A program made the translations under genes and the position numbers. A DNA stretch of 64,000 nt from an uncultured delta proteobacterium (GTDB lineage: Bacteria; Myxococcota; Myxococcia; Myxococcales; Myxococcaceae): NCBI GenBank assembly GCA_963796055.1, contig CAWCKH010000004.1, positions 2,848,001-2,912,000 of the forward strand. The letters are read 5' to 3'. This document shows, one piece after another, positions 43,571 to 52,534 of the stretch (the stretch's first letter is position 1; every line of letters starts with the position of its first letter). The notes under the pieces are model-generated. The model was not told the origin of the DNA, made no database searches, and was given only the letters and a program-made list of their open reading frames with translations.

Positions 43571-44560
43571 ATGGCTGAGATTGCGTGGCGCGAGGCGCTG
43601 AATCAGGCGCTCTCCGAGGAGATGGAACGCGACGTCAACGTCTTCCTGATGGGAGAGGAGGTCGCGCGCTACAACGGGGCGTACAAGGTCAGCCAGGGGC
43701 TGCTGGACAAGTTCGGCAGTGCCCGGGTGGTGGACGCGCCGATCAGCGAGCTGGGGTTCGCCGGCCTGGGCGTGGGCGCGGCGATGGTGGGGTTGCGGCC
43801 GGTGATCGAGATGATGACCTGGAACTTCGCGATCCTGGCGATGGACCAGATCGTCAACAACGCGGCCAAGCTCCGCCACATGTCCGGCGGGCAGCTGCGC
43901 TGTCCGATCGTCTTCCGCGGACCGAACGGCGCCGGTGGTCGGCTCTCGTCGCAGCACAGCCAGTCGCTGGAGGCGAACTACGCCCACTTCCCGGGACTGA
44001 AGATCCTCGCCCCTTCGACGCCGGCCGACGCCAAGGGGCTGCTCAAGGCGGCGATCCGCGACGACAATCCGATCATCTTCCTGGAGGCCGAGCTGCTCTA
44101 CGGGGTGAAGGGCGAGGTCCCCTCGGGTGAGCACGTGCTGCCCATCGGGAAGGCGGACCTCAAGCGGGAGGGGGAAGACGCGACGGTCATCACCTGGTCG
44201 CGGATGTACTACCTCGCCGAGCAGGCGGCGCAGCAGCTGGAGAAGGAAGGGATCCACGTGGACCTGCTCGACCTGCGAACGCTCAAGCCGCTGGACGAGG
44301 AGGCCATCCTGGCCTCGGTGCGGAAGACCAACCGGGTGGTGGTGGTCGAGGAGGGCTGGAGCTTCTGCGGGGTGGGCGCGCAGATCGCCGACCTCCTCCA
44401 GTCGAAGGCCTTCGACGACCTCGACGCGCCGGTGGAGCGGGTCACCGGCCTGGACGTGAATCGCAGCTACGCGGCGGTGCTGGAGAAGGCGACCGAGGTG
44501 TCGGCGGAGCGGATCGTCACCGCGGTGAAGAAGGTCATGTACCGGGAAGAGGGGACCTGA
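43571..44560 (+). CDS. pdhB: Pyruvate dehydrogenase E1 beta
   Basis: MGEEVARYNGAYKVSQGL, DAPISE.GF.G, QHSQ, DLRTLKPLD. Confidence 0.97.
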   Translation: MAEIAWREALNQALSEEMERDVNVFLMGEEVARYNGAYKVSQGLLDKFGSARVVDAPISELGFAGLGVGAAMVGLRPVIEMMTWNFAILAMDQIVNNAAKLRHMSGGQLRCPIVFRGPNGAGGRLSSQHSQSLEANYAHFPGLKILAPSTPADAKGLLKAAIRDDNPIIFLEAELLYGVKGEVPSGEHVLPIGKADLKREGEDATVITWSRMYYLAEQAAQQLEKEGIHVDLLDLRTLKPLDEEAILASVRKTNRVVVVEEGWSFCGVGAQIADLLQSKAFDDLDAPVERVTGLDVNRSYAAVLEKATEVSAERIVTAVKKVMYREEGT

Positions 44561-44562
44561 CG

Positions 44563-45894
44563 ATGGCCATCGAGGTGCAGCTTCCGGCGCTCTCCCCGAC
44601 GATGACCGAGGGGAAGATCGTGAAGTGGCTCAAGAAGGAGGGCGACAGCGTGTCCTCCGGTGAGGCCATCGCCGAGGTCGAGACCGACAAGTCAAACCTC
44701 GAGGTGGAGTCGTTCGACGACGGCGTGCTCTTGAAGATCCTGGTCAAGGAGGGCGAGACCGGCGCGGTCGGCGCGCCCATCGCGGTGATCGGCGCCAAGG
44801 GCGAGAAGGTCGAGGTGGCCGCACCGGCGGCGAAGGCCCAAGCTCCCGCGCCCGCTCCGAAGCCCGCGGCCCCGAAGCCCGTCGCCGCGCCCGAGGCCCG
44901 CCGCGAGCAGCCACAGCCGGAAGAACGCGGCCAGCGACCGGGTGCTCCGGCGCAGGTGGTGCCGATCCGCCGGACCGAGGAAGCGGCCCCGGCGCCGGTG
45001 TCCGATGACGGCCGCCTCCGCGCCTCGCCGCTCGCCAGGCGGATGGCCCGTGAGGAGGGTCTCGACCTTGCCGGCGTCCAGGGCTCCGGTCCCAGCGGCC
45101 GCATCGTGAAGCGCGACGTGGAGGCGGCGATGGGCCAGGGACAGGCGGCCACCGCCGCTCCGGCGCCCGCCCCGCGTCCCGGGCCCGCGCCGGCACCTTC
45201 CCCGGTCTTCGGCCGGCGCGAGCCGGAGGTCCTCCCGATCTCCGGGATGCGGAAGATCATCGCCCAGCGCATGGCCGAGGTGAAGCCGGGCGTCCCGCAC
45301 TTCTACGTCACGGTCGACATCGACATGGAGGAGGCGGTCAAGGTCCGGGAGCAGGCCAAGGCCGCGGAGGTGAAGGTCTCGATCAACGACCTCATCGTGA
45401 AGGCCGCGGCGATGGCGCTCCGCCGTCAACCGAAGGTCAACGTCTCGCTGCAAGGGGACCGGCTGCTCCAGTTCCACACCGCGGACGTGGGCATCGCGGT
45501 GGCGATCGAGGATGGCCTCATCACCCCGGTCATCCGGGACGCGGATCTGAAGTCGCTGGGAACCATCGCCGCCGAGGCGCGCGAGCTGGCCGAGCGGGCC
45601 CGGCGCAAGGCACTCAAGCCCGAGGAGTACTCGGGCGGCTCGATCACCGTGTCGAATCTAGGAATGTTCGGTGTGGACTCGTTCATCGCGGTCATCAACC
45701 CGCCGCAGGCGTCGATCGTGGCGGTGGGCGCGGTGGCGGAGCGGGCGGTGGTGCGCGACGGCAAGGTGGTGGTACGCAAGACGATGTCCGCGACGTTCAG
45801 CGGGGACCACCGGATCGTCGACGGCGCACTCGGGGCCCAGTACCTGCAGGAAGTGAAGGCGCTGCTCGAGCAGCCGACCCGGTTGCTGTTCTAG
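44563..45894 (+). CDS. pdhC: Pyruvate dehydrogenase E2 dihydrolipoamide acetyltransferase
   Basis: Lipoyl domain ETDKS, E3-binding ASPLARR...GSGPSGRI, catalytic DHRIVDG; its TAG stop forms the IS junction. Confidence 0.97.
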   Translation: MAIEVQLPALSPTMTEGKIVKWLKKEGDSVSSGEAIAEVETDKSNLEVESFDDGVLLKILVKEGETGAVGAPIAVIGAKGEKVEVAAPAAKAQAPAPAPKPAAPKPVAAPEARREQPQPEERGQRPGAPAQVVPIRRTEEAAPAPVSDDGRLRASPLARRMAREEGLDLAGVQGSGPSGRIVKRDVEAAMGQGQAATAAPAPAPRPGPAPAPSPVFGRREPEVLPISGMRKIIAQRMAEVKPGVPHFYVTVDIDMEEAVKVREQAKAAEVKVSINDLIVKAAAMALRRQPKVNVSLQGDRLLQFHTADVGIAVAIEDGLITPVIRDADLKSLGTIAAEARELAERARRKALKPEEYSGGSITVSNLGMFGVDSFIAVINPPQASIVAVGAVAERAVVRDGKVVVRKTMSATFSGDHRIVDGALGAQYLQEVKALLEQPTRLLF

Positions 45895-45944
45895 GATGGA
45901 GCGACCCGTCAAGTCAGCTCTCTCGTTCGTTGGTGGCGATGCGT

Positions 45945-46150
45945 CTGTTCGCTTCGCAGCTCCTCGTGGTTCGTACTTCGAGGCCTTCAGGCAGGGGACG
46001 AGCGAGGGAGCTGCGACGGTTGATCACTCTAGGATTCGCGGGTCGGCGGAGCCGCCGCATGACCGTGATTCGTCGGGAGGCTTTCTCGCTCTAGCGGCGT
46101 GGGTCGGCGGGTCGAGCCCGCCGCCACTTAGAACTGTCGAGAGTCCCTCC
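45945..46150 (-). ncRNA. Predicted bridge RNA / seekRNA of the IS110-family element
   Basis: Two homologous stem-internal-loop-hairpin modules sharing CCGCCGACCC(A/G)CG...CTAGAG. Loop 1 holds GTTCTA and GCTAGA (both strands of the target); loop 2 holds ATCCTAGA (circle junction); a 3' hairpin follows. Boundaries approximate. Confidence 0.8.
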
Positions 46151-46210
46151 TACGTTCCTGGCTCATCCACTGCCTGCCGGCTTCGAAGCGATGCACGTAC
46201 GTTGCTCCTT

Positions 46211-47306
46211 TCAAGCGGCGCGGGCGATGGCCCAGACAAAGCCGCAGAGCTCGCGAGCCACGGCGACGGCCGCGACCTGCGAAGGTTTGCCGCGGGAGAC
46301 GAAGCGGTGGAAGCGCCGGTGCAGCCGCTCCTGGGCTTTCCATGCGTGGGCTACGACCTTTGCATCCTGGCCCTCCCAGCGCTGTTTGATGACGCCGCTC
46401 TGGCGTGGCGGGCGCCGGTAGTGCCAGGCGGCCTCGACCAGTACGCGCCGGGCGTGTCCGTTGCCCGTCTTGGTGATGCTGCCCCGCCGCTCCTTGGCTC
46501 CGCTCGAGCGCTCGCTCGGGACGAGGCCGACGAAAGCCATGAACTGGTCGGGGTGCTCGAACCGCTGGAAGTCGCAGAATCTCGGCGATGAGGATGACGG
46601 CCGAGAGCGTGTCGATGCCGCGCAGGCAGCGGAGCTTCGCAACGGGAGTTTTATAGGGCTCCTTCTCGGCGGCTGTCGCGAGTTCCTGGTCGAGCGCCTT
46701 GAGACGTCCGAGCGTTCCCTCGAGGCGGGCCAAGTACTCGGTGAAGACCGTCTGTGCGATGGGGGCCTCGAACGTCTGTTTGCGAAGCCACTTCCAGTGC
46801 GGCATCGACCAGTTCTTCTTGCCCTCGGTAAAGCTGCGCCCGTGGCGCAGGAGGAACTTCAGGAGTCGGTCGCGCTCGCGGATGACGTCCTCGCGCGCAT
46901 CCTCTCGGCAGCGAACGAGATCCCGCAGCGCCTCCTCGGCCTCGGAGGGGACGCGAATCGAAGTGAGCTCGCCGGCGCGGTAGAGGCGAGCGAGCTTCTC
47001 GGCGTCGCGCCGGTCGGTCTTGACCCGATCGCCGGCGCGCACCGGGATGAGCGAGGGCGCGACCACGTCGCATGGGATCTTCATCGCTGCGAGCTGCCGG
47101 TAGACCTCGTAGCCGCAACTCCCGGCCTCGTAGCAGGCGCGGACCGCCCCTTCCTTTTTGAGCCTGCCGAAGCAGCGCTTCAGCTCGAGCGCATCGTTCC
47201 GGATCTTCACCGTGGGCCGAGCGCCTCCCCGGTCACCGGCCAGCACCGAGAAGGAAATCGACTCCTTATGCACGTCCATTCCGACGGTCAGCGTTGTAGT
47301 TTTCAC
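46211..47306 (-). CDS. IS110-family DEDD transposase/recombinase (one apparent +1 frameshift)
   Basis: GMDVHK, CYEAG, VKTDRRDA (DEDD RuvC-like domain); C-terminal LRGID...FVGLVPSERSSG..R.G.ITKTGN...AVAVAREL in a second frame; joined by removing one base at ~46578-46580 (AEI-CDFQRF). Confidence 0.95.
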
Positions 47307-47548
47307 TCGACCGGCTCCTCGTTTGCGGCTCTGGCCGCGGCGTTGCCGAGGCTAATCCGCGCTGAACGAGCGAGCCGGTCGCTCCATACTGTCTAGCTCT
47401 CGGGGCCCGGACGCGCGCGCCTCGAACGGCCGTCCCCCTGGTCTGAGCACTGCCCTCCAACACCCGGGGCTCCGCGTCCCCCGGGGCGCTTACGCACAAA
47501 TCGCGTCTTCAGAGGCCTGCGCTCGTCCAGGTTGAGTGACCGAGCGAT

Positions 47549-49642
47549 TCAGGCCGCGACGTCGCCCGAGCGGCCGGGCGTGGCGGGCGCGGCCAGCGCC
47601 GGCAGCAAGATCCGGAACGTGGTCCCCGGTCCCGGCTCGGACGCGACCTCGAGCGTTCCGCCGGCGCGCTGGACGATGCTCCACACCAGGGTCAGCCCGA
47701 GCCCGATGCCCTGGGTGCCGCCGCGGGTGGTGAAGAACGGCTCGAAGATGCGCGACAGGTGCGCCGCGGGGATACCCGGTCCCTCGTCCTGCACCTCGAT
47801 CACCACCGCGCCCTGCTCGTCGTGCGTCCGGACACGGAGCGTGCCCGAGGGCGCAGCGAGCCGCGCGTTCCGGATGAGCTGGACCAGCGCTTGCTCCAGC
47901 TGCCCCGGGGTCACCATCACCCGCGCGGAGCTCTCGGCCCGCAGCATCTCGGCCCCGGCCTCCCCGAGCTCGCCGCGGAGGACCTTGACCACGCAGTCGT
48001 TGGGGTCCACGGCCTCGGGCCGGGTCACATCTTGCCGGGCGAGCTCGCGCAGCCCCTTGACGATGGCGCCGATGCGCTGCGCGCCGCCCTCCACGTCCTG
48101 GAAGAGCTCGCGGAGGCTCGCGGCGAGATCGCGGATCTGCACCTCGGTGAGCGCCCGGACCGCGGCCGCGGCGTCGCCCTGCCCGCCGAGGCGCGCCGCC
48201 CGCTCGATGGAGTCGGCGCCGGACTCGAGCTCGGCGGCCACGCCGCGCAGTGCCGAGAGGCTGTCCAGCATCGCCCCGAGAGGCGTCTGGATCTCGTGAG
48301 CGGCGCCCTGCGCCAGCTGCCCGAGCGAGGCCAGGCGCTCCTGCTCCCGCAGCCGTGCTTCCAGCCCGCGCTGGGCGGTCACGTCGCGGTAGTGGACGAC
48401 CACCAGATCCGGGTCCCCGGCGGCCTCGGTCCGGAAGCCGCTGAAGCGCACCTTCCGGCCGCGGGGCAGGGAGATCTCCGCGGTGAGGTCCGGCGCACCG
48501 GTGGCGAGCGGGCAGCCCACGCACGGCGCCACCCGTCCGGCGAGCAGCTGATGACAGGTCTTCCCCGGCACCTGGGTGATCGGAAGGCCCGCCGCGTCGG
48601 CGTAGGCGAGGTTCGCCCGGCGGATGACGAAGCCGTCCTGGAGGGCGATGGGCTCGCGGATGGCGTCGAAGGTGCGCTCCCACTCGCGCTTGGCGTGCAC
48701 CACCGCCCGGGTGCGGAGCTCGATCTTCGCCTCCAGCGCGGCGTTGGCGGCGAGGATCTCGCTCTGTACCTCGTGGAGCCGGGCGGTGTTGAGCGCACCG
48801 GCGAGCGCGGTTGCCACCTGTGAGCCCCAGGCCGAGAAGCGCTGGCGGTCGGCGTCGGAGAACGCCGAGCGCCCCGGGCGACGAACCGCCTCCAGCACGC
48901 CCACCAGCTCTCCGGCGCGGACCAAGGGGACGGCGAGCATCGCCCCGGGTTCGGCACCGTCACGGCGACGTACCGCCTCACGCCACGGTTCGGGCAGCTC
49001 GCCCTCGGCGTGGCAGAGCAGCGCGGGTTCGGCGGCGCAGGCTCCGGCGAGCAGCTCGCCGATGGCCATCGACGCAGGGGGAGCGGGCAGCGCCGGGTCG
49101 GCCGCCCCAAGGGTCAGGGTGACCTGCTCACCGATGCGCCAGCAGAGCACCCGATCGGCCTGCACCAGCCGCCGGACGCGGCGCACCGCCTCCCAGGCGA
49201 TCTTCTCCGGGGTGGGCAAGAGGTGGAGCGCCTGCACCTCCGAGGAGAATCGCTCCGCCTCGGACAGTCGCTGCTCCAGCGTGGGCGCCACCTGGGCCGG
49301 AGCAGTGTCCAGCCCGCGGCGGGCGCGGGCCTCGCGGAGGGCTGGTGCCACCTCGTCGGTGCGGGTGACGGCGACCACCCCGGCGGGAAGCGCGCGGGGG
49401 GCCGGGCCCTCGCCCACGTGGAGGAGGGCGGTGGCGCCGGAGGCGACGACGCGGGAGAGCAGGAGGCGCCAGAACGGGACCGGTCGGGCGAGCACGGCCT
49501 CCGCCACGCCCGCTCCGAGCAGGCTGAGGACCTCGTCCGGGGTACAGGGCCGGGGATCGAGCCCGCCCGCACGGAGCTCGTCGAGCAGCGCCGGTGGGGG
49601 CGCGTCGGGGCCGACGACGAGGACCGGCAGGGTCGGCTCCAT
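47549..49642 (-). CDS. Multi-sensor histidine kinase (GAF, PAS-like, HisKA, HATPase)
   Basis: LAVPL..VGVLE (GAF), WERTFDAI (PAS start), AHEIQTPL H-box, DEGPGI, FEPFFTT, GIGLGL. Confidence 0.9.
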   Translation of the reverse strand: MEPTLPVLVVGPDAPPPALLDELRAGGLDPRPCTPDEVLSLLGAGVAEAVLARPVPFWRLLLSRVVASGATALLHVGEGPAPRALPAGVVAVTRTDEVAPALREARARRGLDTAPAQVAPTLEQRLSEAERFSSEVQALHLLPTPEKIAWEAVRRVRRLVQADRVLCWRIGEQVTLTLGAADPALPAPPASMAIGELLAGACAAEPALLCHAEGELPEPWREAVRRRDGAEPGAMLAVPLVRAGELVGVLEAVRRPGRSAFSDADRQRFSAWGSQVATALAGALNTARLHEVQSEILAANAALEAKIELRTRAVVHAKREWERTFDAIREPIALQDGFVIRRANLAYADAAGLPITQVPGKTCHQLLAGRVAPCVGCPLATGAPDLTAEISLPRGRKVRFSGFRTEAAGDPDLVVVHYRDVTAQRGLEARLREQERLASLGQLAQGAAHEIQTPLGAMLDSLSALRGVAAELESGADSIERAARLGGQGDAAAAVRALTEVQIRDLAASLRELFQDVEGGAQRIGAIVKGLRELARQDVTRPEAVDPNDCVVKVLRGELGEAGAEMLRAESSARVMVTPGQLEQALVQLIRNARLAAPSGTLRVRTHDEQGAVVIEVQDEGPGIPAAHLSRIFEPFFTTRGGTQGIGLGLTLVWSIVQRAGGTLEVASEPGPGTTFRILLPALAAPATPGRSGDVAA

Positions 49643-49656
49643 CGAGAGGCCGGGGT

Positions 49657-50196
49657 TCAGCCGACCGCGACCGCGGCTGCGGCCCGCTCCTCGGTGTCGT
49701 CGAGCAGGATCGAGCCGGTGGCGTCACGGATGACGTTCAGCTCGGGGTTCGCGCTGGCGATGGCCTGGCGAATCTCGCCCTTCACCCGGTCGAGCAGCTG
49801 CGAGTTCTCGCGCTCGCGGTAGAGCCGGTCCACGGCGGCCCGGACCACGCCCCGGAGCTCGACCCCGTCCCAGGGCTTCACCAGGAAGCGGTAGACGTCG
49901 CCGTGCTCCATGGCCTGGAGCGCGGTTCCCACGCCCGCAGGAGAGGTGAGCAGGACCCGCATGGTGGCCGGCTGGATGCGCCGAACCTCGAGGAGGAGCG
50001 CCAGCCCGGTACCGTCCGGCAGCGCGGTGTCGGCCACCACGACGTCGACTGGTTCGCGGGCGACGATGGCCAGCGCATCCTTGAGGCAGGAGACCTCGTA
50101 GAGGCGATGGGCCTCGTGGTCGAGGCTGTGGTGGAACGCGTCGGCGCTGCGAGCGTCCCCGGCGACGATCAACACGGTCCGGCTGGAGATGGCCAT
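49657..50196 (-). CDS. Response regulator receiver protein
   Basis: VLIVAGD, VVVADTALPD.TG, YRFLVKPW; no DNA-binding output domain. Confidence 0.85.
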   Translation of the reverse strand: MAISSRTVLIVAGDARSADAFHHSLDHEAHRLYEVSCLKDALAIVAREPVDVVVADTALPDGTGLALLLEVRRIQPATMRVLLTSPAGVGTALQAMEHGDVYRFLVKPWDGVELRGVVRAAVDRLYRERENSQLLDRVKGEIRQAIASANPELNVIRDATGSILLDDTEERAAAAVAVG

Positions 50197-50346
50197 TCTC
50201 AGGCTCCTCTGTCCCGACCGGTGGCCTGTACAAGCCCCGGGCCAGCGCGGACGCCCAGCAATGCCGCTGGGTTCCTGAGTGAGGGCCGGGGTGCACCCTT
50301 GGTCGTGGGGTCGGCGAGACCTTGCGAAGGCATCGGTAGAGGTGCG

Positions 50347-51519
50347 ATGCCGGGGGCCCTGATGCGCGAGTCGCCTCCCGCTGAGAGCCCGGCCCCCACG
50401 GTGGTCTACGTGGACGCCGATCCAGGACAGCTCCGGCTGTTCGAGACGCAATTCGGCAGACGCTACCGGGTGACGCTCTCCGCCTCCGGGGAGGAGCTCC
50501 TCGACCGGGTGGGGAGCATGGCACCGGTGGCGGCGCTGCTGGCGGATCATGGTTCGGGCCGCGGGCTGCTCGAGGCCGCGCCGGTGGTGCTGCCCGACAC
50601 CGAGCGGCTCCTGGTGGCCCGGACCGGGGAGCTCTCCCAGGCCCGGGCCGCGGTCGAGCGGGGCGCTGCCAAGCGCTGCTTCGTGAAGCCCTGGGTTGCG
50701 TCCGAGGTCGGTGCGGCGCTCGAGGACGCGGTGCGGATCTTCGAGCTGCGCTCGCTGCTGCGCACGATGCGGGTCCGCCTGGAGACCTCCGAGCGGCTCG
50801 CCACCCTCGGACGGGTGAGCGCGGGGCTGGCGCACGAGCTGTCCGGGCCGGCGGGGTACATCGCCCAGAACGCCGCAGCGCTGCGGAAGGAGCTGGCCGG
50901 GGTGGCGAGGTACGTGCGGCGGGTGGCGCGGATCCGCCCGGACCCGCGAGTGCTGGAACAGCTCCAGGATCTCTCGGAGATCGCCCAGGACGTCGAGGCC
51001 GGCGCGGAGCACCTGCGCCAGCTGTCACGCGGCCTGACCCGGCAGCTCCGGGACGAGGCGCCGATCGAACGGTGCGACGTGGCCGCGGTGGTGCAACAGG
51101 TCACGCGGCTGGTGCGACCGGAGCTCCAGGGCAAGGCGTTGCTCTCGGCCCACGGGGGCCCGCTCGACGTGTGCGCCAGCCCGCTCCGCCTCACACAGGT
51201 GCTGATCAACCTGGTGGTGAACGCGGGCCAGGCGGTGGGCGCGATGGAGCGGACCGACGTGGGGCGCGTCCAGATCATCTGGGCGCCGCGTGGCAGGCGC
51301 GCACGGATCGAGATCGTCGACGATGGGCCCGGGCTGCCTCCACGAGTCGCGGACGCCGAGGAGGATCTGCTCGTCACCACCAAGCCCCCCGGGATGGGAA
51401 CCGGCCTCGGGCTCCCGCTCTGCCGGGAGCTGGTCGCGGAGATGGCGGGAACCCTGGAGCTCCGCTCGCTCGACGGGGGTGGAACCACCGCCTGCATCGA
51501 GCTGCCTCTGGCCGCCTGA
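50347..51519 (+). CDS. Hybrid receiver-histidine kinase
   Basis: N-terminal REC (VVYVDAD, LLAD, VKPW), AHELSGP H-box, QVLINLVVNA, DDGPG, GTGLGL. Confidence 0.88.
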   Translation: MPGALMRESPPAESPAPTVVYVDADPGQLRLFETQFGRRYRVTLSASGEELLDRVGSMAPVAALLADHGSGRGLLEAAPVVLPDTERLLVARTGELSQARAAVERGAAKRCFVKPWVASEVGAALEDAVRIFELRSLLRTMRVRLETSERLATLGRVSAGLAHELSGPAGYIAQNAAALRKELAGVARYVRRVARIRPDPRVLEQLQDLSEIAQDVEAGAEHLRQLSRGLTRQLRDEAPIERCDVAAVVQQVTRLVRPELQGKALLSAHGGPLDVCASPLRLTQVLINLVVNAGQAVGAMERTDVGRVQIIWAPRGRRARIEIVDDGPGLPPRVADAEEDLLVTTKPPGMGTGLGLPLCRELVAEMAGTLELRSLDGGGTTACIELPLAA

Positions 51520-51705
51520 AGGCGCGGCGAGAGGTCTTCGACGCATCGTGTCGAAACGGGCAAGGCCGGCTCGACCTCGAAGCTCTCCCGGGCGGAGGCG
51601 GGACCGAGCAGGCGACGAGGATGGGCGCGCAAGCCCTGCGCTCTGGACAGTGACCCGCTCCCGGGTCGAGATCGGCCCCGGTTTCCGCGAGGAGGAACCA
51701 GAGCC

Positions 51706-52452
51706 ATGTCTTCCGATCGCATCGCGCTGGTCACCGGGGGCGCCGGCGGCCTGGGGTACAGCATCTGCACCAAGCTCCACGAGAAGGGGTACCGGGTGGT
51801 GCTGACGCATTCGCCGAACAACACCACCATCAAGGAGACGCTGGCCGACATGAAGGCGAGGGGCCACGAGTTCCACGCCTACCCGGTGGACGTCGCGGAC
51901 TTCGACTCGTGCCAGCGCTGCGTGGCGGACATCCAGAAGGACGTCGGCCACATCGACATCCTGATCAACAACGCCGGCATCACCCGCGACATGACCTTCC
52001 GCAAGATGACCAAGGCGGACTGGGACGTGGTGATGCGGACCAACCTCGACAGCATGTTCAACATGACCAAGCCGGTCATCGACGGCATGGTGGACCGGGG
52101 CTGGGGCCGGGTGATCAACGTGAGCTCGGTCAACGGGAGCAAGGGTGCGTTCGGGCAGACCAACTACGCCGCGTCCAAGGCCGCCATCCACGGCTTCACC
52201 AAGTCGCTGGCGCTCGAGGTGGCGAAGAAGGGGGTGACGGTGAACACCATCAGCCCGGGTTACATCGGCACCAAGATGGTGATGGCCATCCCCAAGGAAG
52301 TGCTGGAGACGAAGATCATCCCCCAGATTCCCATCGGCCGGCTGGGCAAGCCCGAGGAGGTGGCGGGGCTGATCATCTATCTGTGCTCGGACGAGGCGGC
52401 GTTCGTCACCGGAGCGAACATCGCGATCAACGGCGGCCAGCACATGCAGTGA
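51706..52452 (+). CDS. phaB: Acetoacetyl-CoA reductase (SDR)
   Basis: TGGAGGLG, NNAGITRD..FRKM, SSVNGSKG.FGQTNYAASK, SPGYIGT.MV, INGG.HM; GAGGAGG RBS. Confidence 0.92.
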   Translation: MSSDRIALVTGGAGGLGYSICTKLHEKGYRVVLTHSPNNTTIKETLADMKARGHEFHAYPVDVADFDSCQRCVADIQKDVGHIDILINNAGITRDMTFRKMTKADWDVVMRTNLDSMFNMTKPVIDGMVDRGWGRVINVSSVNGSKGAFGQTNYAASKAAIHGFTKSLALEVAKKGVTVNTISPGYIGTKMVMAIPKEVLETKIIPQIPIGRLGKPEEVAGLIIYLCSDEAAFVTGANIAINGGQHMQ

Positions 52453-52534
52453 CCGCCGCCGGGCTCAGTTGTTCGGCGCGCCTGCCCGGATCCACCACTC
52501 GAGCCAGCCCCAGCCCCCGTCGGCCTGAAGCCTC

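Larger units (their letters stand above)
45891..47396 (-). mobile_element. IS110-family insertion sequence, IS1111-type, apparently complete
   Basis: CTAG at both junctions (45891-45894, 47393-47396); 11-bp sub-terminal IRs ATGGAGCGACC (45896-45906) / GGTCGCTCCAT (47377-47387); DEDD transposase; long non-coding end downstream of the transposase. Confidence 0.95.

Noticed and set aside
45896..46591. 231-aa plus-strand ORF inside the IS
   Set aside because: Starts in the inverted repeat and runs antisense to the structured RNA and transposase; no recognisable protein features.
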